From the NCBI GenBank assembly GCA_015680685.1, contig MNCI01001193.1, positions 97,717-161,716 of the forward strand: a DNA stretch of 64,000 bases, read 5' to 3'. Origin of the DNA: Gnetum montanum. Taxonomy: Eukaryota; Plantae; Gnetophyta. The position numbers and the translations under genes were made by a program. Of this stretch, positions 61,100 to 64,000 are shown piece after piece. Numbering within the stretch: position 1 is the first letter of the stretch; each line of letters starts with the position of its first letter. The notes beneath the pieces are model-generated. The model was not told the origin of the DNA. It saw nothing but the letters and a program-made list of their open reading frames with translations, and did not search any database.

Positions 61100-64000
61100 T
61101 GATGAGTGTTGAGGTTCCCCTACACTCAACCATATAAATACGAGCGCTTCACACATGATCCGATCGAACTCCGCAGACAGACTAGTTGTGGTATCTAGAT
61201 AGTTACTCATAGATCATAGTTTGCTGTCTTCCCACCTGGACTAGTATTAGCTTTGTCATGTATGGTTTAGTCCAGAGTGAGGTGTATGATGTGTTCCTAT
61301 ACTAATGCTACTCCTGGGTATGATGGAAAATAATATCAACTAAGCTAGGAGAGAGAGAGTGAGAGAGAATATAAACTAGCCTAAGTGTGGTTAGCATCCA
61401 TTCCTTAATCATCCGTACACATCTTGGACTTCGTGCATGACTACCACTGGGATTACAAAGTGCATGGCCTAGGTACGCTACTGGGTTACCAAGTAGTCAC
61501 ACTTAAATGCTCATGATTAAGCTGTACTTATTCTGTGTTACTAGGAGATAAGAGTAGAGAGATATTAACTAAGAAAGTAATAAATAACAATAACAATTAA
61601 ATAATTAAGTTAAGTGGATGCTGCAATGATGAAGTAATCTCGATCTTTATTTCCAGTCATGTGCATGTCCAAGTACGTCATACTCGAATAAGGATGCCGT
61701 ATAATTACAATCATCACATTGCGGGCATGCATTGGGAGAAAGGGTTGAGAGGAAAAACTGACAAAAAGTCCCTACCTTAATACTAAAATTGGCTTCTTAC
61801 TAAAATCTACCTACCTCTTATTTATAGGTGAGGGCACAAACTGCAATATTGCGTATCCGATATCACGTCTAGGCTGTGATATCAGGTATGCAATATCGTG
61901 GGTGCAACATCGCAGCCAACAATTCATGACTCATCATACCCCCATGATTGAATGAAAACTCATCCTCCAGTTAAAGTGAGAACAAGCTCTATTGATTACA
62001 CAGTGGTTAGGTATGGGATTATTGACTGACTACAATGGATTCATGTCGTAGTGTGGAATTAGAACAAAATTGAGACACAACATGAAAAAATTGGGTGAAA
62101 CTCATGTAGTTCCTGGTGGTGGTGTCTCCTCCATGGGTGCCTTTTCCTTGTCTTGCACTCCAGGTCTTTGGATTTGATGGTGTTGAAGTATGGCCTGGAG
62201 TTTCTCCTCTTCAGTTCAGGGATCCTATGCCATCCATGCTAATGTTCTGATGTTTGATGGAGTTGGCACCTCCCATGGGCATGGTAGTTGTGGAAACATT
62301 TTATTTGCTTTGACATACCAAGCCGCAAACACCCGCCATTCCTCCTCGTAGGCTCTGGCTTTGTCTCTGTATTCTTGAAAATCTATGAGCTGTCGAGCCA
62401 ATTCTGTTGCGACACCTTTCTACCCTTGGTAGCTTGCTTTAACCACCTCAAGTTCAAAATTTGCAACCTCCAATTTTTGCAATTTTTTCTTGTGTTCTGC
62501 AAATTCTGTTTCATATTTGGCGTAGGNCAAAAATGCTCCTTTAGCTCCTCATGTCGTTTAGCCTCATTCTGCCATGCACTTATTTCAATGGCCATCTTTT
62601 GACGGATGATGCGTACCTCCTCCATTGAGAGGGTTTGATTTTCCCTGGCTAAATGGTTCATGTTTTGGTTGACCCTGTTTAGTTGTTCTCGTAACTACTG
62701 AAAATGTTCCTCGAGAACATTCTTTTGCTTCTCCATAGAGGTCAATTGAAGGTTGTTAGAAATAAGTTGTTTATTCTCCTCTTGCAAGGCCTTGAGTGCC
62801 TTAGCGTGTGCATAAGTTTGCATTTGTGCCACAGAGGCATCCTAGTCAGCCTTCTCTTTTTCTTCTTCCATCCTTTTATTCTTTGTCAATAGTTTATTGA
62901 GTTGCTCGATTTTGAAAGTGTCTAGTTGGTCTGCAGGAATAAATTGGAAAGGATCCTGCTGCACCGCTTGTAGGGTCACAAGCCTTTCTTACAATCTTTT
63001 CACTTCTGCTTCAGCATGCTTGGCCCTCATCTCTGTTAGGACCAACTTCCCCTTGGTGAAAATGAGGTCTGATTGTATTGCTATAACATCCTGTGGGATG
63101 TCAAACAAGGACGTTATTACCTATCCTATTTGCAGCAATCGGTCGAGTACATCCTCATGTTCTGTAGGAGTCATTGAGGTACCGACCAGAGTTTGAGCGT
63201 CTTGTGCTCTTGTAAGATCTACTGGTGGCACAACAGGCATATTAGATGATTCTTTAATGTGGTCTACGACCACTTTTGTAGCTCCCGCTGCATCCTGGTG
63301 TTGCATGACCATCACTGTGGCCCCTTCACCAGTTTCCAATTACACCTGAAAGGATGCAGCGTTCCCTGAAATCTGTTGTGACCAAGCGCTCTCCCCTCCT
63401 CCTGTCTGAATGGACACTTCACCCTGTGCATGATCCATAGAAATCGTAGGCTGTACAACATCGTTGATGACGTGAAAGAGATTTGTGTCATCACGACTTC
63501 CCTAACTGACCATCTTAGTGATGGCTCTGAGATGGCTCATCGATAGTCTATAATCTTGCAGTGGTGGCGGTGGTTGATTCTGCTGGCCCATGCTAGGCCT
63601 TGCTTCTTATTATTGACTGGGTCCCATGCTTGGAAGTTGGGTGGGTCCTGCAAGTTGAGTTGTAGTTGACCTTGCCGTCTGTTCTTTTTCTTGTTTCAGC
63701 CCTAGTGTCTTACCAGTGATTTTCCTTGCAGTTGGTGGATTTAGTAGTTCAACATACGAAGCATTTTGGGATTTTTGAAGGACATCGTTGGTGTACCCTC
63801 TGATACCAGCACAACGGCACAGCTTCCTAATAAGACAAGGGAAGGGTAATGCAAACTTCCCTATCTTCCATTCTTCAAACCGCCTTGGGATCTCCATAAA
63901 ATATAGATGAGGTAGGTCAACATTAACCTTTCCCATCAACACTACATATCCTCTTATCACATATGTTGAAATTGGTTTTAAACCTCTTATGGGGAATATG
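61100..64000 (-). mobile_element. Third Athila-like element: 3' LTR (61100-61936), PPT and ORF2 C-terminal two-thirds; runs off the window
   Basis: LTR TGATGAG...CTCATCA. PPT CATGGGGGTA on the minus strand (61937-61946). 61937-64000 is colinear with 6144-8440, including FALPFPCLIRKLCRCAGI. Confidence 0.92.

Overview
AT-rich, repeat-dense land-plant nuclear DNA with two scaffold gaps; I found no clearly intact protein-coding gene. It is dominated by an Athila-like Ty3/gypsy family whose LTRs end TGATG...CATCA. One complete 8.5-kb copy (5360-13872, TSD ACTTT, tRNA-Asp-type PBS) encodes gag plus a ~900-codon extra ORF but no pol. It sits inside a solo LTR, which sits inside an older copy of the same family. 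Further family LTRs lie at 31.1-32.7 kb and 60.3-61.9 kb, the last leading into a third internal region. Other decayed TEs are a Tat/Ogre-type pol with an extra RNase H, L1 and RTE LINE remnants, a Copia RT scrap, a gag-CCHC scrap and several tRNA-derived SINEs. Two convergent host pseudogenes lie centrally: a 5-exon truncated WDR13-like WD40 gene (+) and a non-RD LRR-XII-type receptor kinase (-). All alignments and translations were done by eye; family names rest on recalled motifs, not database searches, and many boundaries are approximate.
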